Assembly (NCBI RefSeq): GCF_002087085.1 | Contig: NZ_MWQY01000012.1 | Coordinates: 1-64,000, forward strand | Length of the DNA: 64,000 nucleotides | Direction of reading: 5' to 3' | Shown: one piece after another, positions 1 to 8,131 of the stretch | Layout of the letters: each line of letters starts with the position of its first letter | How positions within the stretch are numbered: the first letter of the stretch is position 1 | Translations under genes and position numbers: made by a program | Notes under the pieces: generated by a model | What the model was told of the DNA's origin: nothing | The model's database searches: none | The model's input: only the letters and a program-made list of their open reading frames with translations

Positions 1-49
1 AATTTATCATAAAAAGGCCCTCTTTTTCATTTTATTTGTGAGAAATGCG

Positions 50-1092
50 GGTTAGGTACCATGTATTTGGTCGTTCCCAAGCTCCGCAAAGGCGGGTATA
101 TACCCTTCTTTGTTACCGAGAAGAAACGGTCCGAACAGGCTCTCTTACAGGTTGTTCAAGAAGCATTCATTAACGGTGTATCTACCAGGAAAATAGATCG
201 CCTGGCGAAGCAGTTAGGAATTGAGAACATCTCAGCCAGCCAAGTCTCAGAGATCAATAAAGGGCTCGATGCACAGGTTGAACAGTTCCGAAATCGTCCC
301 TTGGAAGCAGAATATCCAGTCATATGGGTGGATGCTTTGTACGAGAAGATCCGTGTTGATCGTCGAGTCGTAAACTCCGCTGTAATGGTCGTCTGCGGCC
401 TCTCACGGACCGGAGAGCGCGAAATATTGGCTATCGAGGCCATGGATGCGGAGAACGAAGATAACTACCGCCAGCTGTTCATGAAGCTCAAGGAACGCGG
501 CCTCAAGAATGTGTGGCTTGCTGTTTCTGACGCTCACCAAGGATTAAAGAATGCCATTCGGAAAGAGTTCATTGGCAGCAGCTGGCAACGATGCAAGGTT
601 CACTTCATGAGGGACATCCTCGCCAAGGTTCGAGGAAAAAACAAGTAGTATGTTGCCAGTAAAATAAAGCATATTTGGCTGCAACCAACGCTTGTAGATG
701 CGCGAAAATATGCCAAGGATCTCATGGTAGAACTTGCTGGTAAGCACCCTGAAGCGATGGATATTCTGGATGAGGGCTTAGAGGATTCTCTGCAGTTCTT
801 TGGCTTTGAGAAGATAGATCATCGTAAAGTTGCATCTACTAATATGCTTGAACGCCTGAATAACGAAATCAGGAGGCGATCACGGGTTGTTGGGATCTTT
901 CCCTCGGCTGAGTCGTACATTCGACTAGTGACCTGTTACCTGATTGAATACACCGAAGACTGGACAACAAGCAGATCCTACATTAAAAAGGAAGTACTGG
1001 ATGAGCAGAGAGAGCTCATCCTAGACAAGGCCGCGTAATCCACTTCGGGGGAAGGCTCCTAGGTGAAATTGCGAACTTAATTGGACACTAGC
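50..1092 (+). mobile_element. IS256-family insertion sequence remnant (5'-truncated)
   Basis: Transposase motifs LVVPKLRKG, GVSTRK, WVDALYEK, SDAHQGL, WQRCKVHF, TNMLERLNNEIRRR. A right-end-like sequence TTGCGAACTTAATTGGACACTAGC ends near 1092. The N-terminus and left IR are absent. Confidence 0.85.
61..1038 (+). pseudogene. IS256-family transposase pseudogene
   Basis: ORFs 61..648 and 724..1038 share a frame and are separated only by one in-frame TAG at 646-648; 649-723 is open (YVASKIKHIWLQP...). The N-terminal part is missing. Confidence 0.85.
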
Positions 1093-1193
1093 TTTTGACG
1101 CAGGCTTTCAAAAAGACTGACAATATTGTTTACACAGTCTTCCTGATATGCTTGTATTTCGTATTGAAACTGCTTGGTTTCGGTTCTTGTCAT
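1077..1193 (-). pseudogene. N-terminal fragment of a cassette gene interrupted by IS256, resembling the start of a type III restriction (Res)/helicase subunit
   Basis: Hand translation gives MTRTETKQFQYEIQAYQEDCVNNIVSLFESLRQKL, then the ORF runs into the IS end. The F-x-x-x-Q-x-YQ-x-x-C-V-x-x-I-x-x-L-F pattern recalls Res N-termini. Confidence 0.35.
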
Positions 1194-1318
1194 AAATATC
1201 TACATTCCCTTTGTCTTGTACGAGTCATGGACGCCGAGCATCCAAGACGGGCAAGTTTTTTCTTCTTTTTCTTCGCACATGTATTTTACCAAAATAAATC
1301 TAGCCTCCCAAGCATTTC

Positions 1319-1409
1319 GCACAACGTCCCGGGAATATACGACGTTCGGCGTAAGCCGAATGTGGCGTAGCCCGGAACGAAGTGGAGCGTATATTCCCTG
1401 TTATACGAC
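1319..1409 (-). other. attC-like recombination site (non-canonical)
   Basis: Minus strand: GTCGTATAAC (inverse-core-like), perfect 11-bp IR GGGAATATACG/CGTATATTCCC (1331-1341, 1388-1398), inner hairpin TTCGGC-GTAA-GCCGAA (1345-1360), then GTTGTGC (core-like). It lies just after the cassette ORF stop. Confidence 0.7.
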
Positions 1410-1462
1410 CGCGACAGCGGCAAGCACCTTCAGGTGCGTAGCGTATTTTTTGGGGCATAATA

Positions 1463-1810
1463 CTACTGGAATTTTCCATATGCATTCTTCCAGTTATCTG
1501 CTATTTCAAAAAACTTCTCATATCCATTTTTTTTAATGTAATAAACAGCCTCTTTATATTTCCTGTATTTATAACCGTTTTTTGAGTACCACTCACCAAT
1601 AATATTGCAAGACTCTAACTCAGAACAATCTGCACAGGTGTCTTTTCCTTTATCTCTAAAACAACATAATTTAATTTTACATTTTGCCTTGTTTATATCT
1701 CGTTCACCTGTATCAAAACCAATTTTGCAACCTTTACAAACTCCTTCTAAAAAAGGTTTACATGTCTTGCAATATGCACCGCAGCATCCAGCATAACGAT
1801 TTGGATTCAT
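1463..1810 (-). CDS. Cys-rich DUF3795-like protein (gene cassette)
   Basis: 115 aa with CCGxxCxxC...CxGC...CxIxxCC...CxxC pattern; AT-rich; bounded by att-like sites. Confidence 0.7.
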   Translation of the reverse strand: MNPNRYAGCCGAYCKTCKPFLEGVCKGCKIGFDTGERDINKAKCKIKLCCFRDKGKDTCADCSELESCNIIGEWYSKNGYKYRKYKEAVYYIKKNGYEKFFEIADNWKNAYGKFQ

Positions 1811-1849
1811 TCTACCCCCCTACTTTATTCTTTATGCCCCAAGAAATAT

Positions 1850-1880
1850 GTCGTATAACTCCCCTTACCCGCATTATACA
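1850..1880 (-). other. attI-like site / cassette crossover point, with adjacent -10 box
   Basis: Minus strand reads TATAATGCGGGTAAGGGGA-GTTATACGAC. GTTATACGAC (1859-1850) is the exact reverse complement of the inverse core at the cassette's 3' end (1400-1409). TATAAT at 1878-1873 could drive cassette expression. Confidence 0.55.
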
Positions 1881-1927
1881 ATAAGTTTCCCTTTCTCAGA
1901 AGCGAAACCCGTATTGCCTCGGTTATA

Positions 1928-2749
1928 ATGGCTATGAACAGTACATTTTGTGACTCTTTGTTACAGAAGCTGAGGGAACACCTGCTTATGCGCAATTACT
2001 CTCCCCGCACGATCAAGGCGTATACCCGCTATTGCTCCGAATTCTGCACTTTCTGCCTGGATAATCCGTCCCTTGCGCGGGAGCAGAAGATTATCCGTTT
2101 TCTGAATACATACCCGGATCCCGCAACAAAAGCTGTTGCACGTTCAGCCCTAAAGTACCTGTATGCTAACATCCTTAAACTTCCGGCACCTGTTCTGCTG
2201 ACAAGAACCCGAAAAACCCGGAAACTACCGACTGTTTTAACCCGGGACCAGGTAGCAATGATTTTAAATACAATTCAAAACCCGAAACACCGTGCCATGA
2301 TCGCCATGATGTACGGGTCGGGACTGCGAGTCAGCGAGGTTGTCAAACTTAAAGTAGGAGATGTCAATCTGGCAAGAAACCGCATTCACGTACGTCAATC
2401 AAAAAACCTGAAAGACCGAATTACGGTTTTATCACCCTTATTGACGGATTATCTCAAGCTGATTACAAAAAACCGGCAGCCAAAAGAGTTTCTCTTTCAG
2501 ACCCAATGCAGTAACAGATATTCCGTAAGGACGCTCCAGACAATTTTCAAGCGGGCGCTTTCCAAATCCGGAATTTCCCTTGCGGCGTCCTGCCACAGCC
2601 TGCGACACTCCTTCGCCACAAGCCTGTTGGAAAGCGGTGTAGATATCCGCATTATCCAGGCTCAGCTGGGGCACTCAAACATCAAGACGACAATGCTATA
2701 TACACAGATTACCAGTGTAATAGAGGAATCCCTGTATTCGCCGCTTTAA
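1928..2749 (+). CDS. Integron-integrase-like tyrosine recombinase (lacks the IntI-specific insertion)
   Basis: N-terminal RNYSPRTIKAY, RKLPTVLT, YGSGLRVSE (R), SKNLKDR (K), HSLRHSFAT (HxxR), LGH, TMLY (Y), C-terminal SPL; divergent from the cassette array. Confidence 0.85.
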   Translation: MAMNSTFCDSLLQKLREHLLMRNYSPRTIKAYTRYCSEFCTFCLDNPSLAREQKIIRFLNTYPDPATKAVARSALKYLYANILKLPAPVLLTRTRKTRKLPTVLTRDQVAMILNTIQNPKHRAMIAMMYGSGLRVSEVVKLKVGDVNLARNRIHVRQSKNLKDRITVLSPLLTDYLKLITKNRQPKEFLFQTQCSNRYSVRTLQTIFKRALSKSGISLAASCHSLRHSFATSLLESGVDIRIIQAQLGHSNIKTTMLYTQITSVIEESLYSPL

Positions 2750-2800
2750 CGCATTGCGCAAAAGCTCCTTCTCCTGAATACTTTCTGAATTTCGCATAAG
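2738..2800 (+). repeat. 63-bp direct repeat, copy 1 (overlaps integrase stop)
   Basis: TCGCCGCTTTAACGCATTGCGCAAAAGCT...GAATTTCGCATAAG; 51/63 identical to 3616-3678 by manual alignment. Confidence 0.8.
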
Positions 2801-2876
2801 TGTCTGCAATCCGGCATAATCATCTCAAGCTGTTTTATAGAAATGTTGAGCAAAATATGCCTATAATCCGAATATC

Positions 2877-3587
2877 ATGGAAAAAGAAATACTCATCGTT
2901 AAAAACATAAGCCGCGAAGGTCCGGGTCTCCTGGAAGAGGTAATAAAAGAATGCGGCATTGCATACACGATTATCGACCTCGATCAGGGGCAAAATTTCC
3001 CTCCCGTTGAAAATTTCGGAGCAGTGGTTGTTCTCGGCGGTCCCGACAGTGCCAACGATACAAGTGAAAAGATGAAAAGCGAATTAGCCCGTATCCGCGA
3101 AGCGATTGAATCGAATATTCCATATCTCGGCATTTGTCTCGGCCTTCAGACTCTTGTCAAGGCAGCCGGCGGCACTATCATAATAAGTCCAACCAGGGAA
3201 GTAGGTTTCATTGATCCTGAAGGTAGAAATTTCACGACTGAACTTACTGCCGAGGGTAAAAGGGATCCGCTGTTTGATGGCCTCGACCATTCATTCAAGG
3301 TTTTCCATCTTCACGGTGAAACCGTCGAACTCACAAACGACATGACACTGCTGTCGGTTGGTAAATTCTGCCGTAACCAGGTCGTAAAGGTTGGCAAAAA
3401 TGCCTATGGTATGCAATGCCACTTCGAACTCACGCCGGAAATGATCGAGACCTGGATTAACGAGGACCCGGATCTTCTTTTACTCGACAAAAAGCAGCTT
3501 AAAGAGAACTTTGCGGCAATCCAGGATGACTACAGACGAACAGGACAGACGCTGTTTAATAACTTTTTACAGATAGCAGAGTTTTGA
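2877..3587 (+). CDS. Type 1 glutamine amidotransferase (GuaA-like GATase domain)
   Basis: VVLGGP, LGICLG (catalytic Cys), QCHFE (H-x-E triad). Confidence 0.85.
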   Translation: MEKEILIVKNISREGPGLLEEVIKECGIAYTIIDLDQGQNFPPVENFGAVVVLGGPDSANDTSEKMKSELARIREAIESNIPYLGICLGLQTLVKAAGGTIIISPTREVGFIDPEGRNFTTELTAEGKRDPLFDGLDHSFKVFHLHGETVELTNDMTLLSVGKFCRNQVVKVGKNAYGMQCHFELTPEMIETWINEDPDLLLLDKKQLKENFAAIQDDYRRTGQTLFNNFLQIAEF

Positions 3588-3615
3588 GATCTACGCTTTC
3601 AGTCGCATCGCACCC

Positions 3616-3678
3616 TCGCCGCATTAACGCATTGCGCATAAGCTTCTTTGCCGGATAGTTTTCCGAATTTTGCATAAG
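3616..3678 (+). repeat. 63-bp direct repeat, copy 2
   Basis: TCGCCGCATTAACGCATTGCGCATAAGCT...GAATTTTGCATAAG. Confidence 0.8.
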
Positions 3679-3772
3679 CACCAGCTTTCTATATGCATTC
3701 AAAGACATTTTCGTAGCGCTTCAGGGGAAAACACTGTTTCTGACAGTATTTTTCCGTTAAACTCCACGGTGT

Positions 3773-4849
3773 ATGACCGGATACATCTGGCAGGTGGAAA
3801 AAACGCAGAATCCCCGCTTTCCCTACCGGATTTCGATCCTTGAAGATGCACGCACTGTCCTCGCCCTGCGCGTTCAGGACAAGTGGCCGGGACAGAAGGG
3901 AAACATCTTCTGTATCCGGGAATACGGTGCACCCGACGACGGCGAGAATCTGGAACAGATCGAATCGGTCCCCATAGCCTTTCTGCGCAGGCAGGGAAAG
4001 CGGGTGGAGATTGTCCTCGACCGCCACAACCGCAAGCGCTGCGATTTTCTGTTCCTTAAAAAAGTATCCCCCTCCGGGGAAGCCCAGGAGCAGATCTTTT
4101 TCCGGACCCAGACGGGCCTGCGTTCCCACCGCAGTAAGGGCAGCCCTCTTTTGTACGGTTCGGAAAAACTCGAGATTGTTATCGACAGTTCAGAGCGCTA
4201 TCCCTGGCGCTTTCCGTCTGCAAACCTTGGCCGAAGCAGGCTTCCCGCAGGGGATTACGCCCTGGTGTGGGAAAACCGCTATATCGCTGTGGTCGAACGC
4301 AAGACCTTCGAGAATCTGCTTCACGACCTTTACGAAATCAGGATACTCCACCAGAAGCTGTCGGAGCTCTCATCCTTTCCCAATCCTGCGGTTGTAATTG
4401 AGGCCCAGTATGGGGATTATTCCGATACGGCCAGAATTGGAGACAGCTTATCAGCTCCCCACATTAACCGGCTGATCGGGGAGATTTCCGCCCTGCACCC
4501 GGGGGTTCAGCTTATTTTCGCCGGCAACCGCAAGCTCGCGAATGCCTGGACAAGCCGCTTTTTCGCAGCGGTCCGCAGACGCATAGCCGATTCCGGGCAG
4601 AACTCTGACGAAGCGGCGCAACGTCCGCCCACCTTTCTCAGTACTCCGGTCAGGCAGGACCTGGAAATTCGGAAAAAAATCCTGGAAGAGTACGCTCTGC
4701 GACCGGATGGTTTCAGCATGAAGGAACTCAAGGCAGATCTGGGTACTGCAGACACCGCACCCTTACGCAGAATAATCCAACAGCTTAAACGGGAAGAAAA
4801 AATACACTCCAGCGGAAAGGCAAGCGCCACCCGATGGCATATCTTATAG
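3773..4849 (+). CDS. ERCC4/XPF-family nuclease domain protein with probable C-terminal winged helix
   Basis: IVIDSSE...LPAGDY...VVERKT matches the GDXnERKX motif; C-terminal FSMKELKADLG...LKREEKIHSSG...TRW looks like a wHTH. Confidence 0.75.
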   Translation: MTGYIWQVEKTQNPRFPYRISILEDARTVLALRVQDKWPGQKGNIFCIREYGAPDDGENLEQIESVPIAFLRRQGKRVEIVLDRHNRKRCDFLFLKKVSPSGEAQEQIFFRTQTGLRSHRSKGSPLLYGSEKLEIVIDSSERYPWRFPSANLGRSRLPAGDYALVWENRYIAVVERKTFENLLHDLYEIRILHQKLSELSSFPNPAVVIEAQYGDYSDTARIGDSLSAPHINRLIGEISALHPGVQLIFAGNRKLANAWTSRFFAAVRRRIADSGQNSDEAAQRPPTFLSTPVRQDLEIRKKILEEYALRPDGFSMKELKADLGTADTAPLRRIIQQLKREEKIHSSGKASATRWHIL

Positions 4850-4881
4850 GCGAGGGGATCAGTCGGACTGCAGATTGGCCC

Positions 4882-6276
4882 TTAAACACCTGAATTTACC
4901 TTGTTCCGACCTTCATGTTTTGCCCTGTACATTGCCTGATCCGCCCGGGAAAGGGCCGTGGTAAAATCTTCGTTGTCCCGCATCTCAACCACCCCGATTG
5001 TAACGGTGACAGAGCTTTCCTGCTCAATCCTGGCCCTGATTCTCTCGCTTATATCCAGAGCCCTCTGCATACCTGTGTGGACGACAAGAACAAACTCATC
5101 GCCGCCCCAGCGTACAATAAAGTCTTCATCCCGGATCTGGTTCTTGGCGAGACGGGAGACTTCCTTCAAAATAAAGTCTCCAGCCAGGTGGCCAAGATTG
5201 TCGTTCACCTCTTTAAAATGGTCGATATCCAGAGTCATCAGTGATATTTGACGCTGGTTGCGGTTACTTCTGCCGAAATACTCCTCCAGAAAATGCCGGT
5301 TATAGCTTTCCGTCAGGGAATCGGTATAACCCTTGATCGATAATTTCCTGCCAGCCCGGGAAACCAGAATATGATTGAGTGCCACAAGCAGCAGAGAAAA
5401 CACCATTCCCGCCGCAAAGGTTATAATACTCTGGCGCTGAAGGTCCTTATATGAATCTGTAATGTCGTGCTCGATAATAAGGTAGCGTTCTATTTCAGGG
5501 ATAAAACGGATATACAGCATCAGGGTAGATCCACCCTTCTCGGCCAGATAATGGGACCCATCGCCAAGGCTTTCTGCGGGGCCGTCAAGATTATATTCAT
5601 CAAAAAATGAGCGTCCCCGGTAATCAAGGGGAAGTCTCAGTTCCCCGTCCGGTTCAGCAAAAAGCATCCTGGTTTTTCTCTTTTCGCCTGCAATGTTCAG
5701 CGAAAAGCTGTCCAGGGAAATCCCGGTCCCGATAATTCCCGAAAGCTCCCCGGAGTCGCTTACAATCTTGCTGTCGAAAAAAAAGGAATAGAGTTCCACG
5801 GAGTTATCCGGATCATACAGACTGAATCGGTCCGTCTCAGGAGCGTCAAGAAAATCCTGCACCCAGCTGTCCCGGTCAGAGGAATAATCCAGCTCAAGGA
5901 TGTGACCGAAGGAATCGTAATACGTATCCGTTTCAAGAAAAACCAGACCCACGTTCTTGGCCCCGAGTTCGATCCTTTTCCTCCGTACAAAATCAAGAAT
6001 TCTGTCGGCATCCTCTCTGCCGTTCACACGGAACCGGGAAAGATCGACGGAATCGGCGATAAGGCGGTTTGCCAGGGAATATTTTTCTTTTACTCCATTA
6101 ATTTTTCCCACAACAGTATCGGCACAGGCGGGCAGGACCGATCCGGTAAGGTTTGCACTGAATACCCTCCGGGACATTCTGAAGTGGACGTAATTAATTA
6201 TAAAAAAACCGAAAAAAAAGATTATTGCCGAGAGTAAAATGATACGGTTTCGTTTATTTGCCTTTACATGCTGCAT
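4882..6276 (-). CDS. Membrane-bound sensor diguanylate cyclase
   Basis: Two TM segments flank a Cache-like periplasmic region; DIDHFKEVND...RWGGDEF...ADQAMYRAK. Confidence 0.9.
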   Translation of the reverse strand: MQHVKANKRNRIILLSAIIFFFGFFIINYVHFRMSRRVFSANLTGSVLPACADTVVGKINGVKEKYSLANRLIADSVDLSRFRVNGREDADRILDFVRRKRIELGAKNVGLVFLETDTYYDSFGHILELDYSSDRDSWVQDFLDAPETDRFSLYDPDNSVELYSFFFDSKIVSDSGELSGIIGTGISLDSFSLNIAGEKRKTRMLFAEPDGELRLPLDYRGRSFFDEYNLDGPAESLGDGSHYLAEKGGSTLMLYIRFIPEIERYLIIEHDITDSYKDLQRQSIITFAAGMVFSLLLVALNHILVSRAGRKLSIKGYTDSLTESYNRHFLEEYFGRSNRNQRQISLMTLDIDHFKEVNDNLGHLAGDFILKEVSRLAKNQIRDEDFIVRWGGDEFVLVVHTGMQRALDISERIRARIEQESSVTVTIGVVEMRDNEDFTTALSRADQAMYRAKHEGRNKVNSGV

Positions 6277-6306
6277 GTGTATTCAGGATCTCCGCCTCAG
6301 ATTAGA

Positions 6307-7098
6307 TCAGGACAGCAGCACCTCGTCATTCTCAAATTCCTTCTTCCTGATGGCATGAAACTTGTCCACAAGCTTTTCCACCGTCATATCCTGCTTTTCC
6401 CTGCCTTCGATGTCCAGGATTATTTCTCCTGCGTCCATCATCAGAAGCCGGTTTCCGTAGGCGATGGCGTTGGCCATGTTGTGGGTAATCATGATGGCGG
6501 TAAGCCTGTACTCTTCAATAAAGCGCTTGGTGAGTTCCAGGACCTTGGCGGCGTTCCTGGGGTCCAGGGCTGCAGTGTGTTCGTCCAGCAAAATCAGCGC
6601 CGGCCTTGACAGGACCATCATCAGCAGGGTAAGGGCCTGCCTCTGACCGCCGGAGAGCAGGTTTACGTTGTTCTTCAGCCGGGATTCAAGCCCCATATCC
6701 AGCACCTCGAGCTCCTTTCTGAACCTCTCCCTGAGCCGGCTGTTCAGGCTTATTCCGAGACCTTTGAAGCCCTTTTTGTGGCTGATGGTCATGTTGTCTT
6801 CCAGGCTCATGTTTCCCGCGGTTCCTAAAAGAGGATTCTGAAAAATGCGTCCGATATATTTGGCCCGTTTGTACTCGGGGGTTCTGGTAATATCCGCATC
6901 GTTGACGAAAATCTTCCCCTCCGTGGGAGCGTAGGTGCCGGCAATCAGATTGAAGAGAGTCGATTTACCCGCACCGTTGGAACCGATCACGGTAATAAAA
7001 TCCCCTTCTTTTACATTGAGGTTCACATTATGAATCGCCCTGGTTTCGTTGACAGTCCCTTCGTTGAATACCTTGGATACCTGTTCAAGCCTGATCAT
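6307..7098 (-). CDS. ABC transporter ATP-binding protein
   Basis: GSNGAGKS, LSGGQRQ, LLDEHTAALD. Confidence 0.9.
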   Translation of the reverse strand: MIRLEQVSKVFNEGTVNETRAIHNVNLNVKEGDFITVIGSNGAGKSTLFNLIAGTYAPTEGKIFVNDADITRTPEYKRAKYIGRIFQNPLLGTAGNMSLEDNMTISHKKGFKGLGISLNSRLRERFRKELEVLDMGLESRLKNNVNLLSGGQRQALTLLMMVLSRPALILLDEHTAALDPRNAAKVLELTKRFIEEYRLTAIMITHNMANAIAYGNRLLMMDAGEIILDIEGREKQDMTVEKLVDKFHAIRKKEFENDEVLLS

Positions 7099-7994
7099 AC
7101 CGCTGCCTGCCTTGTTCGTTTTCCGGATCTTATCTTTGTCATGATCAGGGACAGAATTATCAGAAGGCCGGTTATCAGTTTAAGATCATTGGGGGTCATT
7201 TTGATGATGTAGCCGTAGTATCGCCCCAGAAACATGATTCCCTTGAACACCACCGAGCCGATTACCACCCGCAGCAGCAGGGGCCATATTTTATTCGAAC
7301 GGATAAAAAACTCCCCGATCATCACCGAGGCAAGGCCTGTTACCACGATTCCCTGACCCAGGTTGGCGTCTGCAAATCCCTGGTACTGGGCAGCCAGGGC
7401 TCCGGCTATGCCCACAAGACCGTTGGAGAGGCCCACACCGATTATCTTCATAAGTTCCGGGTTCACTCCCTGGGAAATAACCATCTGCTGGTTGTTTCCC
7501 ATGGCCCCCAGGGTAAGCCCCAGGTCGGTATGAAAAAAGAGGTCCAAGACAAGGATAATACCCCCCACAACGAACAGCAGAAAAAGGAGTACTCCGTATT
7601 CCGCAGGGATTCCAAGTCCCTCGCTCAAATCCTGGATAGCGCTGAAGGCGGTGGTCACCTGCAGAAGGGGCAGGTTGGCCCGGTTTCCCAGTACCCTGAT
7701 ATTCACGGAGTAGAGCATGGTCATGGTCAGGATTCCCGCCAGGAGATTCGGTACCTTCAGCTTGTTGTGGATAAGGGCGGTGACGATTCCCGCCAGGATT
7801 CCCCCCAGAAGGGCCAGCAGTATCGCGATCAGCACCGGTAGCCCGGCGGTAATGGCGGACGCCGCAATGGCCGCTCCAAAGGGAAAACTCCCGTCCACCG
7901 TCAGGTCCGGAAAATCAAGAATCCTGAAGGTAATAAATACCCCCAGGGCCAGTATGCCGTAAATCAATCCTTCGTGGAGAATACCTTCAATCAC
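7095..7994 (-). CDS. ABC transporter permease (putative aromatic amino acid uptake)
   Basis: Hydrophobic; FRILDFPDLTVDGSF motif. Confidence 0.85.
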   Translation of the reverse strand: MIEGILHEGLIYGILALGVFITFRILDFPDLTVDGSFPFGAAIAASAITAGLPVLIAILLALLGGILAGIVTALIHNKLKVPNLLAGILTMTMLYSVNIRVLGNRANLPLLQVTTAFSAIQDLSEGLGIPAEYGVLLFLLFVVGGIILVLDLFFHTDLGLTLGAMGNNQQMVISQGVNPELMKIIGVGLSNGLVGIAGALAAQYQGFADANLGQGIVVTGLASVMIGEFFIRSNKIWPLLLRVVIGSVVFKGIMFLGRYYGYIIKMTPNDLKLITGLLIILSLIMTKIRSGKRTRQAAV

Positions 7995-8045
7995 CTGTGT
8001 ATGCCTTCCTGTTCAATCATCCAGAGTATCTTCGCTGCAGGATAC

Positions 8046-8072
8046 AAAAGGTCCGCCGAAAGCGGACCTTTT
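8046..8072. terminator. Intrinsic terminator-like hairpin
   Basis: AAAAGGTCCGC-CGAAA-GCGGACCTTTT between the substrate-binding gene and the permease. Confidence 0.65.
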
Positions 8073-8131
8073 AATTATATCAGAGTATCTTTGATTAAAA
8101 ACCCTTTGAGGGGCTTAATTTTACCCCTGTT

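Noticed and set aside
646..648. Programmed amber readthrough in the transposase
   Set aside because: The element is also 5'-truncated, so simple pseudogenisation is more parsimonious. No recoding machinery is seen in the window.
1928..2749. XerC/XerD or prophage integrase
   Set aside because: IntI-like termini, a divergent cassette with att-like sites, and no phage genes fit an integron-like role better. It is not named intI because the signature insertion is missing.
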